Positions 30,680 through 41,655 of a DNA stretch of 64,000 nucleotides are shown here, one piece after another. The stretch spans positions 480,001-544,000 of the forward strand of contig CANJVR010000002.1 of assembly GCA_947478395.1 (NCBI GenBank), read 5' to 3'. Source of the stretch: Opitutia bacterium. GTDB lineage: Bacteria > Verrucomicrobiota > Verrucomicrobiia > Opitutales > Opitutaceae. The position numbers and the translations under genes are program-made. Under the pieces are notes generated by a model that worked only from the letters and a program-made list of their open reading frames with translations, had not been told where the DNA came from and did no database searches. Each line of letters opens with the position of its first letter. Position 1 is the first letter of the stretch.

Positions 30680-31501
30680 CTACTGAACCCCAACCAGCGC
30701 GATACGGAAGCCGAGCAGACTCCCGCGATAATCAGGTTCGGTTTTAAAACGCGCCGAGGAACGGCAAAGATCGGCCGAATGAAACCACGCCCCGCCGCGA
30801 TAAACGCGACTGCGGCCGCGCGCCGGTCCCGCGGGGTCGTTCGCCGCCTCTGCCTCGTAGTTACCGTACCAATCGGCGCACCACTCCCACACGTTGCCCT
30901 GCATGTCGTAGAGCCCCCAAGCGTTCGGCTGCTTTTCTCCCACGGCATGCACGCGCTCGTCGCTGTTGCCGGAGTACCAAGCGATTTCATTCAACGGGCC
31001 CGCGTAGCGGCCGTCCGTGCCCGCCCGACACGCATACTCACGCTGCGCCTCCGTCGGTAACGTGAAGGCAAAACCCGCGGACAATCGCCCCGCGGCCCGT
31101 TCCTGCTCCGTGAGCTTCCGGCAAAACGTCATCGCGTCATCCCACGACACCGTTTCCACCGGGAAGTCAGATCCTTTGAAATGGCTGGGATTCGTTCCCA
31201 TGACCGCCTCGTACTGGGCCTGCGTCACGGGCGTCCGCCCCAACCAAAATGATCGCGTCAAGATCACCCGATGCAGGACCTCATCGTCTCGGCGACTGGA
31301 ATCCAAATACGAACTACCCATGACGAACGAACCCGCTGGGATCGTCGCCAGCTCTAGTTTGAGCGCCGGATTCAGATAGGGTTTGCCCGGCTGCGGTCCC
31401 GTCGCGGTGGCGGCGGATAGGCCAAGACTTTCAACCGCGCGACTGGGAACGAGGGCGCCGCCAAGGGAAAGGAGAAAGAAAAAAACCAACCCAGTTTTCA
31501 T
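30680..31501 (-). CDS. FGE-sulfatase (SUMF1) domain protein, secreted, probably non-catalytic
   Basis: FVMGS, PVETVSWDDA, LPTEAQREYACRAG, PNAWGLYDMQGNVWEWC, RGGAW, GFRI; lacks the FGE catalytic Cys pair. Confidence 0.9.
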   Translation of the reverse strand: MKTGLVFFFLLSLGGALVPSRAVESLGLSAATATGPQPGKPYLNPALKLELATIPAGSFVMGSSYLDSSRRDDEVLHRVILTRSFWLGRTPVTQAQYEAVMGTNPSHFKGSDFPVETVSWDDAMTFCRKLTEQERAAGRLSAGFAFTLPTEAQREYACRAGTDGRYAGPLNEIAWYSGNSDERVHAVGEKQPNAWGLYDMQGNVWEWCADWYGNYEAEAANDPAGPARGRSRVYRGGAWFHSADLCRSSARFKTEPDYRGSLLGFRIALVGVQ

Positions 31502-31580
31502 GCCGCGCAATTTCGGGAAGTCAGGCGCGAGCGCAATCCCGGAGCGAGCGCGGTTCAACCCCAAGCGAGGCCACGTCCGA

Positions 31581-31653
31581 GGTAGCGGCAGGCGCCCCTG
31601 CCTGCCGAAACGAGGACGCCGATTCCCGCAGACAAGGACGCCCGCCGCCACCT
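31581..31653. repeat. GTAG-type REPIN, family B (degenerate second arm)
   Basis: ggtagcggcaggcgcccctgcctgccg ... gcagacaaggacgcccgccgccacc. Confidence 0.65.
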
Positions 31654-31905
31654 GGCATCTCGGACCCGGTGATCACCCTTCGTCGCGCGATCATGTCATC
31701 ACCACCACGGCTGACCGCGGGCTCGATGCGTTCAAAATAAAATGGCCGAAGCCAGCGACGGACTGGTCGGAAACAAAGATCACCTGACGGCGTGAAACCC
31801 TTTAAACTCCCGTCAAAAGAGAGAGGAGGCGGTTTCGATTTTTGAATCGTTCCGCCTTTGCGTCGGTCCGCCCGATTCCTTTTCGTGTCGAACGCACCCC
31901 ACCCC

Positions 31906-33207
31906 ATGAGCCCCAAAAACCATTTCATTATCTGGCCGCTCTGCATCCTCGGCCTCGCTCTTTCGCTGCGAGGTGCTGAATCGCCCGTGGCCGAAATACC
32001 CGCATCCTGGGTCGACCCTGATACCGGCCATCGTGTCATCCGGATCAGTTCGGAGCCCGGCTCGGCCAGCCTTTATTTTAATGACAACTCGTGCACGCCC
32101 GACGGCAAAAGCATGGTCTACACCGCCGGCGGCGGGATCTCCGTCGTAGACCTCGCAACCTTCAAAACCCGCAGTTTGGTCCCCGGTCCCGTTCGCGTGA
32201 TCGTCGTCGGTCGCAGGACGCCGACGGTCTATTACACCAAGGCCGGCGCGCTCTACGCGACCCACATCGACACCGGCGCGACGCGGAAAATCGCGGACCT
32301 ACCGCCGCGCGCGAGTATCGCCAGCATCAATGCCGACGAAACCCTCGGCGCCGGCACGTTCAACGAAACCGATCCCGCCGCCGCGCCGCGGACCGCTGCG
32401 CCAGCTGCGACGATGGCGCCGGTGTCGCAGACCGAAGTCGCCAACCGCGGGCAGGTTCTCAGCGCCGCTGTCGACAAGGTTTTGATGATGGATGCCCGGC
32501 TCGCGCAGCGTCAGCCGATGACGATGTTCACGCTCGATCTGCGCTCGGGGAAAACGACGAACATCCTCGAGCACAGCACCGACTGGTTGAATCACCTCCA
32601 GTTTTCGCCGACCGATCCCATGCTGCTCATGTACTGCCATGAAGGTACGTGGTGGAAGGTTGACCGTATCTGGACGATTCGGGCCGACGGCACCAAGAAC
32701 ACCCTCATCCACAAACGCACGATGGGCCTGGAGGCGGTCGGACACGAAGCGTGGAGCCCCGATGGAAAAACTATTTGGTACGAAATTCGTTTTCCGTGGG
32801 GCGTGGACCATTTCACCGGCAGCTACCACGTGGAAACCGGCGAGCGCTCGTGGTATCACGTCGATATCAACGCGTGGTCGATTCACTACAGCCAGACGGC
32901 TGACGGAAAACTTTTTTGCGGCGACGGCGGTTCCAATACCGTGGTCGAGTGGGCGTCGGCCGAGAACGAATGGATTTATCTTTTCCGACCGGAGCTACTC
33001 AACGCGAGCGGTTCGCTCGGCGAAAATTTGGTGAGGCCCGGCGTGTTTCACCCGGAGCGCCTCGTGAGTTTGCACAAAAACAAATACACGCTGGAGCCCA
33101 ACGCATTTTTCACGCCGGACCAGAAGCACGTGATCTTTCGCTCGAATATGTTCGGGCCCACGTACGTGTTCGCGGTCGAAGTCGCCCAGACGGGCGGGAC
33201 CAAATGA
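31906..33207 (+). CDS. ogl: Oligogalacturonate lyase (PL22) family protein with signal peptide
   Basis: WVDPDTGHRVIR, WLNHLQFSP, YCHEG, GHEAW, WSIH, FCGDGG, LEPN. Confidence 0.88.
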   Translation: MSPKNHFIIWPLCILGLALSLRGAESPVAEIPASWVDPDTGHRVIRISSEPGSASLYFNDNSCTPDGKSMVYTAGGGISVVDLATFKTRSLVPGPVRVIVVGRRTPTVYYTKAGALYATHIDTGATRKIADLPPRASIASINADETLGAGTFNETDPAAAPRTAAPAATMAPVSQTEVANRGQVLSAAVDKVLMMDARLAQRQPMTMFTLDLRSGKTTNILEHSTDWLNHLQFSPTDPMLLMYCHEGTWWKVDRIWTIRADGTKNTLIHKRTMGLEAVGHEAWSPDGKTIWYEIRFPWGVDHFTGSYHVETGERSWYHVDINAWSIHYSQTADGKLFCGDGGSNTVVEWASAENEWIYLFRPELLNASGSLGENLVRPGVFHPERLVSLHKNKYTLEPNAFFTPDQKHVIFRSNMFGPTYVFAVEVAQTGGTK

Positions 33208-34541
33208 GCGGCGCCAATTCTGCCGTCAGCGCGCAAAAGCCCACGCGAGCGCGCTTCGTGATGATGGCGTTCGTGGTGTCGTTGGCCGTCATCACGTTTG
33301 TCGATCGCGTCTGCATTTCCCAAGCGGCGCCCGATATTCGCCGCGATCTCGGGCTCGATGAGCGCCAAATGGGGCTGCTGTTTTCGGTCTTCGCGCTCTC
33401 CTACGCGCTGCTCGAAATTCCCGGCGGCTGGATGGGCGACCGCTACGGCCCGCGGAGTGTGTTGATGAAAGTGGTGATGATGTGGTCGTTCTTCACGGCG
33501 GCGACGGGCGCGGCCTGGAATTTCGCCTCGATGCTGGTGTGCCGTCTGTTGTTCGGGGCGGGCGAGGCCGGATGTTTTCCCAACGTCACCAAAATCTTCA
33601 CCATCTGGCTGCCATCCAGTGAGCGCATCCGGGCGCAAGGCATCCTGTGGTTGAGCGCGCGCTGGGGTGGTGCGTTCACGCCGTTGTTGGTCGCGTGGGT
33701 GTTGGGCGTGACGACCTGGCGCTGGGCCTTCGTGCTTTTTGGCGCGTGCGGTGTGGTGTGGGCGATCTGGTTTTATCTATGGTTCCGCGACAAGCCAGCG
33801 GAGCATCCCGGCGTCAACGCGGCCGAACTGGCCTTGCTCGATGGCGCGGAAAAAAATGCGCCGAGTCACGAAAGCGTGCCATGGGGCCGGTTCGTCAAAA
33901 CGCCGACGGTGTGGCTGCTGTGGCTCCAGTATTTTTGCATGTCGTGGGGCTGGTATTTCTACATCACCTGGCTGCCCACCTATCTGCGGGACGCGCGCGG
34001 CGTCGCCCTCGGCAAAAGCGCGATTCTGGCTGGGTTACCGCTCTTCTTCGGCGGCGTGGGGTGCTTTGTCGGCGGCTGGCTCGCGAAGCGACTGGCGGAT
34101 CGCTCGGGCAATGTCGCGCGAGCGCGGCGCATCGTGGCAACGTGCGGATTTTTTGGAGCAGGCACTATGCTGATCGTGGCAACCCGGATCGGGGATCCCA
34201 CGTTCGCGATGATCGCGATCGGCTTTGCGAGTTTCTCCAGCGACCTCGCCATGGGACCTGATTGGGGAGCGTGCATGGATGTAGGCGGCCGGCTGGCTGG
34301 CTCGCTATCGGGCAGCATGAACATGATGGGCAACCTCGGCTCGGCGGCCGGAGCAGCCGTGGTCGGGTCGATGCTTAACAGCTCGAAGATCAGTCCCACT
34401 TCGCTGCCGACGATGGAGGCATGGCTCACGGTCTTCGTCCTCGCCGCCACGCTCTATGTCCTCGGCGGAATTGCCTGGCTCTTTATCGATCCCGTCACGC
34501 CGCTCGATCAGAGTTCACACCGACCCGCACCTGCGAGGTAG
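33204..34541 (+). CDS. MFS transporter (ACS-type, sugar acid/uronate candidate)
   Basis: ITFVDRVCIS, GWMGDRYGPR, RLLFGAGEAG, TWLPTYL; ATG overlaps the ogl stop. Confidence 0.9.
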   Translation: MSGANSAVSAQKPTRARFVMMAFVVSLAVITFVDRVCISQAAPDIRRDLGLDERQMGLLFSVFALSYALLEIPGGWMGDRYGPRSVLMKVVMMWSFFTAATGAAWNFASMLVCRLLFGAGEAGCFPNVTKIFTIWLPSSERIRAQGILWLSARWGGAFTPLLVAWVLGVTTWRWAFVLFGACGVVWAIWFYLWFRDKPAEHPGVNAAELALLDGAEKNAPSHESVPWGRFVKTPTVWLLWLQYFCMSWGWYFYITWLPTYLRDARGVALGKSAILAGLPLFFGGVGCFVGGWLAKRLADRSGNVARARRIVATCGFFGAGTMLIVATRIGDPTFAMIAIGFASFSSDLAMGPDWGACMDVGGRLAGSLSGSMNMMGNLGSAAGAAVVGSMLNSSKISPTSLPTMEAWLTVFVLAATLYVLGGIAWLFIDPVTPLDQSSHRPAPAR

Positions 34542-34597
34542 GTCGGCTCACGCTCGAATCCGGCGGGCCGCGGCGCAGGTATTTGGCGGGCCCACCG

Positions 34598-35680
34598 TCA
34601 TTCCTCTTGGTGTTGGCGATGGCGAAAGGGTTGCGCACCCTCGGATCTTTTGTTCCAGCCGGGCTTGCTCGCCAGCGCGCCCGGTTTGCGGGGACGCACC
34701 ACACTCGCCGCTTTTTCCGCTTTAAGTTTTCGGTAGGAATCAAACCGGGTGCGGTCCAGCGTGCCGTCCTCCAATGCCGCGCGCACGGCACAGCCCGGCT
34801 CATTTCCGTGGTGGCAGTTGCTGAAGCGACATTGCAGGGCGAACGCCTTGATGTCGCCGAAAGCCTCTTCGACGCCGTCCTCGACGCCCCAGAGCTGGAG
34901 TTCGCGCATGCCCGGCGTGTCGATCACGAGGGCGCCGGATGGCGTCAAAACGAGTTCCCGCCGGGTCGTCGTATGACGACCCTTGCTGTCCTTCTCCCGC
35001 ACTTCGGACGTGGGCAAATCGGCCCCGCGAACCAGCGCGTTGATCAGACTCGATTTACCGACGCCGGATGACCCGATAAACGCGAGAGTTCGGCCAGGCA
35101 GCGCGTAGGTATTTACAAGGGCCTTCAGGCCTTTGCGAGTCTTGGAACTGGTGAGTAAAACCGGCACCCCCGGAACCAGCGACTGCACCTCCGCCCGCAC
35201 CGCGTCCGCGTCGTCGTGCACATCGAATTTGTTCAAAAGGATCACCGGCGCGGCCCCGCTCTCATTCGCCGCCACGAGAAACCGTTGGATGCGTTTCGGG
35301 TTAAAATTCTGGTCGAGTCCGCTCACGAGGAACACGGTGTCGATGTTCGCCGCCACGATTTGCTCGATCGCCTCCGACCCCGATGCGCGCCGGGAAAACT
35401 TGGTGCGACGCGGCAGGACCGCATGGATATCGGCGCGCTCCTCGCTCGACCGCGACCGCACCGCGACCCAGTCCCCGATCGCAGGAAATTGGTCGGGGGT
35501 GCGGGCATGGTGAAAAAAACCACCGCCGCATTCGCCCAGCACTTCGCCGGCCGCGGTTTGAACCGCGTAGAAATTCCGGCGCAATTCGCAAACGACTCGT
35601 GCCGGTTCTAAGCCGTCCAAAAAGTGGGGGGCGAAAACGGCCGCGAGCGCGTCGTTCCAGCCCAAGTCGGCAAGCGTCAT
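34598..35680 (-). CDS. rsgA: Ribosome small subunit-dependent GTPase
   Basis: NKFD, GSSGVGKS, GRHTTT, DTPGMRE, CRFSNCHHGNEPGC zinc finger. Confidence 0.95.
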   Translation of the reverse strand: MTLADLGWNDALAAVFAPHFLDGLEPARVVCELRRNFYAVQTAAGEVLGECGGGFFHHARTPDQFPAIGDWVAVRSRSSEERADIHAVLPRRTKFSRRASGSEAIEQIVAANIDTVFLVSGLDQNFNPKRIQRFLVAANESGAAPVILLNKFDVHDDADAVRAEVQSLVPGVPVLLTSSKTRKGLKALVNTYALPGRTLAFIGSSGVGKSSLINALVRGADLPTSEVREKDSKGRHTTTRRELVLTPSGALVIDTPGMRELQLWGVEDGVEEAFGDIKAFALQCRFSNCHHGNEPGCAVRAALEDGTLDRTRFDSYRKLKAEKAASVVRPRKPGALASKPGWNKRSEGAQPFRHRQHQEE

Positions 35681-35913
35681 GGCCGGGGAGAGAAACCACC
35701 TCCGTCGCTCCCTTCAACGTGAATTCCGGTTCGGCGCCGCAAGAAAACGAGCCAAGAGGCCGTTCACGGGATTTGTCCGGCGAAGGACTTAACGATTGAG
35801 CAACGGCCTAAACCGGTCCCGAAATCGGCGATCAGCTTAGGCCGCGGCCGACGCTCGTCCCGCCTTCACTTAATGAGTTGACCCGCTCCCGCGCTCGCCT
35901 ACGCAGGCAGCTC

Positions 35914-37542
35914 ATGCTTACCCGCATTTTTACCCTCGGAGTCTGCACCGCCGGACTCGCTCTCGCACCGTTCGCATCAGCCGCCGAGCCTATCGCTTCA
36001 CGCGGCGCCCAGATGTTTCAAGCGAACTGCGCCGCGTGTCACCAACCCACCGGCCTTGGCATCCCCGCCATTTTCCCGCCCCTCGCATCCTCCGATTACC
36101 TGATGACCGACAAGGACCGCAGCATCCGCGTCGTTCTCCAGGGCTATAGCGGGCGGCTCGTGGTCAACGGCACGGAATATCAGGGCGTCATGCCGCCGAT
36201 GGGCACGCTTGATGACGATATCATCGCCGATGTTCTCACCTATGTTCGCAGCTCGTGGGGCAATCAAGGCGACGCCGTCTTGACCGCCGACGTACAACGC
36301 GTCCGCGCCCAGCTCAACTCCGCCGAGGCCAACGCCAAGGATCCTTATCAACCGCTGCCCAAAGTTCCGGACGGTTTCAAACTCCGCGAAGTCGTCCGTC
36401 TCCCGCTCAACAGCATCCGCCTCGCCACGATGCCTGGCGCCAACTGGATCATGGCTCTCACCCAAGGGGGCGACGTTCTGCGCATCGAGCCAGCGACCGG
36501 AAACGTTGTCCGCGTACTCACCGCCAAAACTTACTACCCCGAGGCCATCGGCAAAAACGAATGTCTCGGTCTGACCATCGACTCTGAACGTCGTCTTTAC
36601 CTGATCTCAAATAACCAGGTCCGCGCCGAACCCTACCATCTCAACCGGGTCGTCATCTTTCGCTCCGCTCCACTCGACGCCACCGGCACACCGACCGATT
36701 TCAAGCCGTGGTTCCAAGTCGATTACCCCTACGGCAACAGCTATTTCAACCACGGCGTCAGCAAGATCGAGCAGGGTCCAGACGGTCTGATGTACGTCAG
36801 CAGCGGTGCCCGTACTGATGGCGGCGAAGTCGATGGCGGCGTCGCCGGCAAAGCCTCCTACTACTGGAAGGGCGGCGAAACTGATATCACGGCCGCCATC
36901 TGGCGGTTGGATCCCAAGCAGGACAAACCGACCTTGGAGGTATTCGCGCGCGGCATCCGCAACGCCTTCACGTTCGCTTGGAACGACCGCAAAGAACTGT
37001 TCACCGCGACCAACGGCCCGGACGCCGACATGCCGGAGGAACTCGATTTCGTGGAAAAAGGAAAACACTACGGCTTCCCGTATCAGTTCGCCGACAAGCC
37101 CGTTTCCGAAAAGCCGTACCCCTACACTCCGGAGCCACCTCCTGGCCTGAAATTCGTTTCCGCGATCCGCAATTTCGGACCCGCCGGCATCGGCAAGTCT
37201 GGCCAGCCGATGGCTTCTTTCGATCCTCACTCTTCGCCGACCAGCCTCGTTTTCCTCGGACCAGAATGGCCGGCCGCCTACCGCGGAAAGTTTTTGATGG
37301 GCCGTTTCGGCAATATGATTCAAGGCAAAGACTCGGGTTACGATATGCTGCTCCTTTCGCTCACTAAGAATTCCGAGGGAATCTATGAGGCTCACTCCGA
37401 AACGTTCATCGCCCCTCTCGCCCGCCCGGCCGATGCCCTCCAAGTTGGCAAGAAACTCTACATTCTCGAATACACCCGGTCCGTCAGCGGTGCCGCGAGT
37501 GGCGGACTCAGCCCCGGCCGCGTTCTAGAGTTGTCCTGGTAA
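35914..37542 (+). CDS. Cytochrome c fused to a glucose/sorbosone-dehydrogenase-like beta-propeller
   Basis: Signal peptide, CAACH, MPP axial Met, GPDGLMY, GIRNAF, HYGFPY. Confidence 0.85.
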   Translation: MLTRIFTLGVCTAGLALAPFASAAEPIASRGAQMFQANCAACHQPTGLGIPAIFPPLASSDYLMTDKDRSIRVVLQGYSGRLVVNGTEYQGVMPPMGTLDDDIIADVLTYVRSSWGNQGDAVLTADVQRVRAQLNSAEANAKDPYQPLPKVPDGFKLREVVRLPLNSIRLATMPGANWIMALTQGGDVLRIEPATGNVVRVLTAKTYYPEAIGKNECLGLTIDSERRLYLISNNQVRAEPYHLNRVVIFRSAPLDATGTPTDFKPWFQVDYPYGNSYFNHGVSKIEQGPDGLMYVSSGARTDGGEVDGGVAGKASYYWKGGETDITAAIWRLDPKQDKPTLEVFARGIRNAFTFAWNDRKELFTATNGPDADMPEELDFVEKGKHYGFPYQFADKPVSEKPYPYTPEPPPGLKFVSAIRNFGPAGIGKSGQPMASFDPHSSPTSLVFLGPEWPAAYRGKFLMGRFGNMIQGKDSGYDMLLLSLTKNSEGIYEAHSETFIAPLARPADALQVGKKLYILEYTRSVSGAASGGLSPGRVLELSW

Positions 37543-37654
37543 TCCCGCTCACGGTCCACGGTCGCGTGAGTCCATTCGTCCCCGGCTTAGCCGGGGGACA
37601 TCCGACTTTACCCAAACCCCACCCCTCAAAACCAAAACGCCCCTGTTTTCTGCC

Positions 37655-38809
37655 ATGAAATTTCACCGTGCCCTCGCCCTGATCCTCGCTGCCGCCCTTC
37701 CCGCCGTCGCCGCAGCCAATGAATACTTCGTTTATTTCGGCACCTATTCAAAAGCCCCGAGCAAAGGTATCTATCGCGCTCGATTCGATACCGCCACGGG
37801 TAAGCTCTCGGCCGCGGAACTCGCGATCGAGGCCAAAGATCCTTCGTTCGTCGCGCTCCATCCCAACGGCAAAGTGCTCTACGCGGTCGACGAAAGCCTC
37901 GACTCCAAAAAGAACCCCGGCGCCAACGGTATCGCCGCTTACAGCATCGATGCGAAAACCGGCGCGCTGAAACTCATTAGCCAACAGAGCTTCGAAGGCT
38001 CCGGTCCATGTCACGTTTCCGTCGATCGCGACGGCCGCTGCGTTTTCATCGCCAACTATAACACGGGTAGCATTGCGGCGATGCCGCTCGACCAGGACGG
38101 CCGCATCAGCCCCGTCAGTTCCTTTGTCCAACACACGGGCTCCGGCGCGAATCCGGGCCGTCAGGCATCGCCACACGCGCACTCGATCTACACCACGCCC
38201 GATAACCGCTTCGTCCTCGCGGCCGATCTCGGCGCCGACAAGGTCTTCATCTATCGCTTCGAAGCCGCGACGGGCAAACTCACCGCCAACGATCCGGCTT
38301 CCGGCGTTCTCGCGCCCGGCTCCGGTCCGCGCCACCTCGTGTTCTCCCCAAACGGGAAATTTGTTTACGTGATCAACGAAATGCTCTGCACCGTCACGAA
38401 GTTCAGCTACGACGCCGCCACGGGCGCCCTCGCCCCGCTCGAGACAATTTCCACGCTTCCTCCCGGCGAAACCAAACCCGCCAACGGTAGCTGCGCCGAA
38501 ATCGCGATTCATCCCAACGGCAAATTTCTCTACGCCTCCACCCGCGGCCACAACTCGATCACCGTCTACTCGCTCGACGCCGCCACCGGCAAACTCACGT
38601 TCGTCGATAACAAACCGAGCGGCGGCAAAACGCCCCGGCACTTCGCCCTCGATCCCACCGGCGCGTGGCTGATCGCCGAGCATCAGGATAGCAGCGACGT
38701 CATGGTCTTCCGCGTCGATGGTGCCACGGGTAAGCTCACGCCGACCGGCGCGCCGGTTTCGGTTCCGTCGGTCGTCGGATCGGTGTTCGTGCCGGCGCCG
38801 ACTCCATAA
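37655..38809 (+). CDS. Lactonase (6-phosphogluconolactonase/YbhE family) with signal peptide
   Basis: [46 protein letters not shown]. Confidence 0.92.
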   Translation: MKFHRALALILAAALPAVAAANEYFVYFGTYSKAPSKGIYRARFDTATGKLSAAELAIEAKDPSFVALHPNGKVLYAVDESLDSKKNPGANGIAAYSIDAKTGALKLISQQSFEGSGPCHVSVDRDGRCVFIANYNTGSIAAMPLDQDGRISPVSSFVQHTGSGANPGRQASPHAHSIYTTPDNRFVLAADLGADKVFIYRFEAATGKLTANDPASGVLAPGSGPRHLVFSPNGKFVYVINEMLCTVTKFSYDAATGALAPLETISTLPPGETKPANGSCAEIAIHPNGKFLYASTRGHNSITVYSLDAATGKLTFVDNKPSGGKTPRHFALDPTGAWLIAEHQDSSDVMVFRVDGATGKLTPTGAPVSVPSVVGSVFVPAPTP

Positions 38810-38999
38810 CGCGCCGTCCGCGCCCATTCCACCAATCCCATCGGGCGCGGAGGCCCGGTGCTACCTGCAGGCGGCCGGTTTTCTTTCCGGCCGACCGCAG
38901 GTTTTTGTTTGCCCTCCCTTTGTCCGACGCGCTTTTACTTTTCGGCAACAGGGGCCGTTCCTCCGAGCGGGTTCCGGTTGCAGACCGTCTCCGCAACCC

Positions 39000-40541
39000 A
39001 TGTCCCTGCTTCCATTCTCGAGCCAACTCATCGCCGATGTCGGCATCTCCCTCGGCGACGAGGGCAAAGGCCGCCTGATTCCCGAAGTCGCGGACGAGCT
39101 GCGCGGCACGCCCCATCCGGTTTCCGTCGTCCTCAAGGTCAACGGCGGCGCGAATTCCGGCCACACGGCGGGCGGCGTTAAACTCAATCTACTTCCGGCC
39201 GGCGTCGTGGTGCGCGACGCTGCGCACCTGTGCATCGGCTCCGGCGTTGTCGCCGACCCCCGCAAAATCTGGTGGGAAACCAAGCCGCTCGAGCTCAAGG
39301 GCCACGCCATTCTCTCCCGTCTGCTGATCGACGAGCGCACGATGGTCACCGACCTCACGCACCGCCTGCTCGACCTCGCCTGGGAAGACTATCGCGAAAA
39401 AGTATTAGCCGAGGAACCCCGCGGTTCCACCGGCCGCGGCATCACGCCGGCCTACGCCGACGAAATCAGCCAGTGGCAAATGACTTTTTCCGATTTCCAA
39501 GCCGGACCGAATTTCTTCGCCCGCAAACTCGCCCACCGCGCCGACCGCGCCCTGCGCGTGATCCAGCACGTCTGCCGCGTTTCTCCCGCCACGTTCGCCA
39601 GCTTCTTCGACAAGCTCACCACCGCTGAACTGCGCGCCAACGCCGAAGCAATCGAGCTCGGAATTTTCCCCCCATCCGAATTCGACTTCACCCGTTTCCG
39701 CGGTGCCACGCCTTTCACGCTTAACCTCGACGCGCTCACGACCGTCACTTGGGACGCCGGTGTCGCCCTCGCGAAAAACATCGGCGAGGTCCGCGAACTT
39801 ATTCTCCGCGAACTCCACGCCGGCCGCACGATCATCGGCGAATTCGGCCAAGCCTACTGGCTCGACAAGCGTCACGGCTTTTCCCCGAACGTCACCGCCT
39901 CGCACACGTTCACACCCGAGTTTTTTGAGAGCGCCGGCATTCCGGTGCAGCGCATTCACACCTTCGGCGTCGCCAAAGCCTACGACACGAAAGTCGGCAC
40001 GCACACGTTCATCACGCAGATGGACGACGCGCATCCGCTCGCAGTGAAACTGAAGAAAATCGAGTTCGGCACCAGCACCGGGCGCCAGCGCATGGTGGGC
40101 TGGTTCGACGCCGTGGAAAAGGGCGACGCACTCCGTTACGGCGGTTTTCAAGACGTGATGATTAACAAGTCCGACGCGCTCACGCATTCGGGCGACTGGA
40201 ACGGCGAACTCCTCATTTGTACCGCCTATCAGGATTCGGCCGGGAAGATTTTCAGCCACGTGCCGCGCAACGAAGCCGTGCGGAAAACCCTGCGGCCCGT
40301 CTACACGCGGCACGCGGGATGGAGTGAGGATATTTCAAAAATTCGCCGCTTCGCCGACCTCCCGCTCAACGCGCAACGCTACGTCGCCGCGATGATGAAG
40401 AGCACATTGGATGTCGCGTACGCCGGCGAGCCCTGGCCGGCCGCCGAAAAGTTGCCGAACCTCCGTTATCTCGGCGTTGGCCCCGAGCCGTCGCAAATCA
40501 TCAAGGACGTTCCGGCGACGAGCGACCTGGTGAAGCTCTGA
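39000..40541 (+). CDS. purA: Adenylosuccinate synthetase (long, divergent form)
   Basis: [45 protein letters not shown]. Confidence 0.88.
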   Translation: MSLLPFSSQLIADVGISLGDEGKGRLIPEVADELRGTPHPVSVVLKVNGGANSGHTAGGVKLNLLPAGVVVRDAAHLCIGSGVVADPRKIWWETKPLELKGHAILSRLLIDERTMVTDLTHRLLDLAWEDYREKVLAEEPRGSTGRGITPAYADEISQWQMTFSDFQAGPNFFARKLAHRADRALRVIQHVCRVSPATFASFFDKLTTAELRANAEAIELGIFPPSEFDFTRFRGATPFTLNLDALTTVTWDAGVALAKNIGEVRELILRELHAGRTIIGEFGQAYWLDKRHGFSPNVTASHTFTPEFFESAGIPVQRIHTFGVAKAYDTKVGTHTFITQMDDAHPLAVKLKKIEFGTSTGRQRMVGWFDAVEKGDALRYGGFQDVMINKSDALTHSGDWNGELLICTAYQDSAGKIFSHVPRNEAVRKTLRPVYTRHAGWSEDISKIRRFADLPLNAQRYVAAMMKSTLDVAYAGEPWPAAEKLPNLRYLGVGPEPSQIIKDVPATSDLVKL

Positions 40542-40576
40542 CCTTTTTTATTGAAGGCGGGGTGCACGTACCCCGC

Positions 40577-40629
40577 TTGGGAGCGCGGCCGCCCTCGGCC
40601 GCATTGTCGTAAAGCGGCCGCGCTCCCAA
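40577..40629. repeat. Palindromic element with a 16-bp perfect inverted repeat
   Basis: ttgggagcgcggccgc (40577-40592) / gcggccgcgctcccaa (40614-40629). Confidence 0.7.
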
Positions 40630-40808
40630 AGAGCATTTGCAGACGTCTTCAGTGACTTCGTTGGCCAGTCCGCTTGCCGACGCTCTGGGGCTCGCAAGCG
40701 AGCTGACCTACCTTGAGTTCAACCGCATCATTGTGGCTTTGATCGCTCGGCACAGCGCCTGCGATTTTGCCTTTGCTCCACCAGTGGGGGCTGCACAAAA
40801 ACACCGCC

Positions 40809-41546
40809 ATGAAACCGTCCCTGCTCCATGGCCTGCGGCCGCTCTTCATCGGGCTGATTCTCGTCGGCTCAAGCCTTGCCGCCCGCGGCAACACCGCAAC
40901 CGAGCCAGTGGCTCGTGGCGGCGATTGGCTCAAGCGGCACGAAAGCTTCGTAGCGGAAGCCAAGCACGGGGGAATCAACGTCCTCTTTCTCGGGGACTCG
41001 ATTACTGATTTTTGGCACACGCGCGGGAAAAAAACGTGGGACGAGCACTTCGCGCCCTTGCAGGCGGCGAACTTTGGCATCAGTGCCGATCGCACCCAGC
41101 ATGTCCTTTGGCGGCTCGAGCATGGCGAGGTCGACGGCATCGCGCCTAAAGTCGTCGTACTGCTGATCGGCACCAACAACACGGGGGTCGAAACCAATAG
41201 CAGCCCGCGCAACACGACGGCCGAAGCGACCGAGGGTGTCACGAAAGTGCTGGAGGTCCTTCGCGCAAAATTACCGCAGTCGAAAATTCTGCTGCTCGGT
41301 ATTTTCCCTCGGTCCGATCCTAAAGGCCCACCGGCCGGCTCGACCCAGATCGCCGACGTGAACGCCGCGCTCGCCAAATTCAGTGACGGACGAATGGTCC
41401 GGTTTCTCGACCTTGGATCCAAGTTCCTCGACGCCGACGGTTCGCTCTCGAAGGAACTCTTAGTTGATCAGCTTCACCCCTCGGAAAAAGGCTACGAAAT
41501 CTTTGCGGCCGCCATCAAACCGACCCTGCTGGAGATGATGAAGTGA
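40809..41546 (+). CDS. SGNH/GDSL hydrolase (PAF-acetylhydrolase-like), secreted
   Basis: GDSITD, NFGISAD, LIGTNN, DQLHPS; paralogue of 19299-20315. Confidence 0.9.
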   Translation: MKPSLLHGLRPLFIGLILVGSSLAARGNTATEPVARGGDWLKRHESFVAEAKHGGINVLFLGDSITDFWHTRGKKTWDEHFAPLQAANFGISADRTQHVLWRLEHGEVDGIAPKVVVLLIGTNNTGVETNSSPRNTTAEATEGVTKVLEVLRAKLPQSKILLLGIFPRSDPKGPPAGSTQIADVNAALAKFSDGRMVRFLDLGSKFLDADGSLSKELLVDQLHPSEKGYEIFAAAIKPTLLEMMK

Positions 41547-41562
41547 GTCGGTCGTAAAGAAC

Positions 41563-41654
41563 GGCAGGGCGCGTTATCCCGCACGCGTCGGCTCGATACG
41601 GGCCCTCTCTACCAACCAAGTCGAAGCCGCGAGCTAAGGATGAAGCGCCCCGCC
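41563..41654. repeat. Degenerate family-A REPIN
   Basis: ggcagggcgcgttatccc...gctaaggatgaagcgccccgcc; same length class and spacer remnants as the 5685 and 30572 copies. Confidence 0.7.
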
Positions 41655-41655
41655 C

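Noticed and set aside
30680..31501. FGE/C-type-lectin-fold gene as a diversity-generating retroelement target
   Set aside because: No reverse transcriptase or template-repeat copy of its 3' end in the window.
39000..40541. PurZ (2-aminoadenine pathway)
   Set aside because: It retains the PurA catalytic Asp (GDEGKG) and has no phage context.
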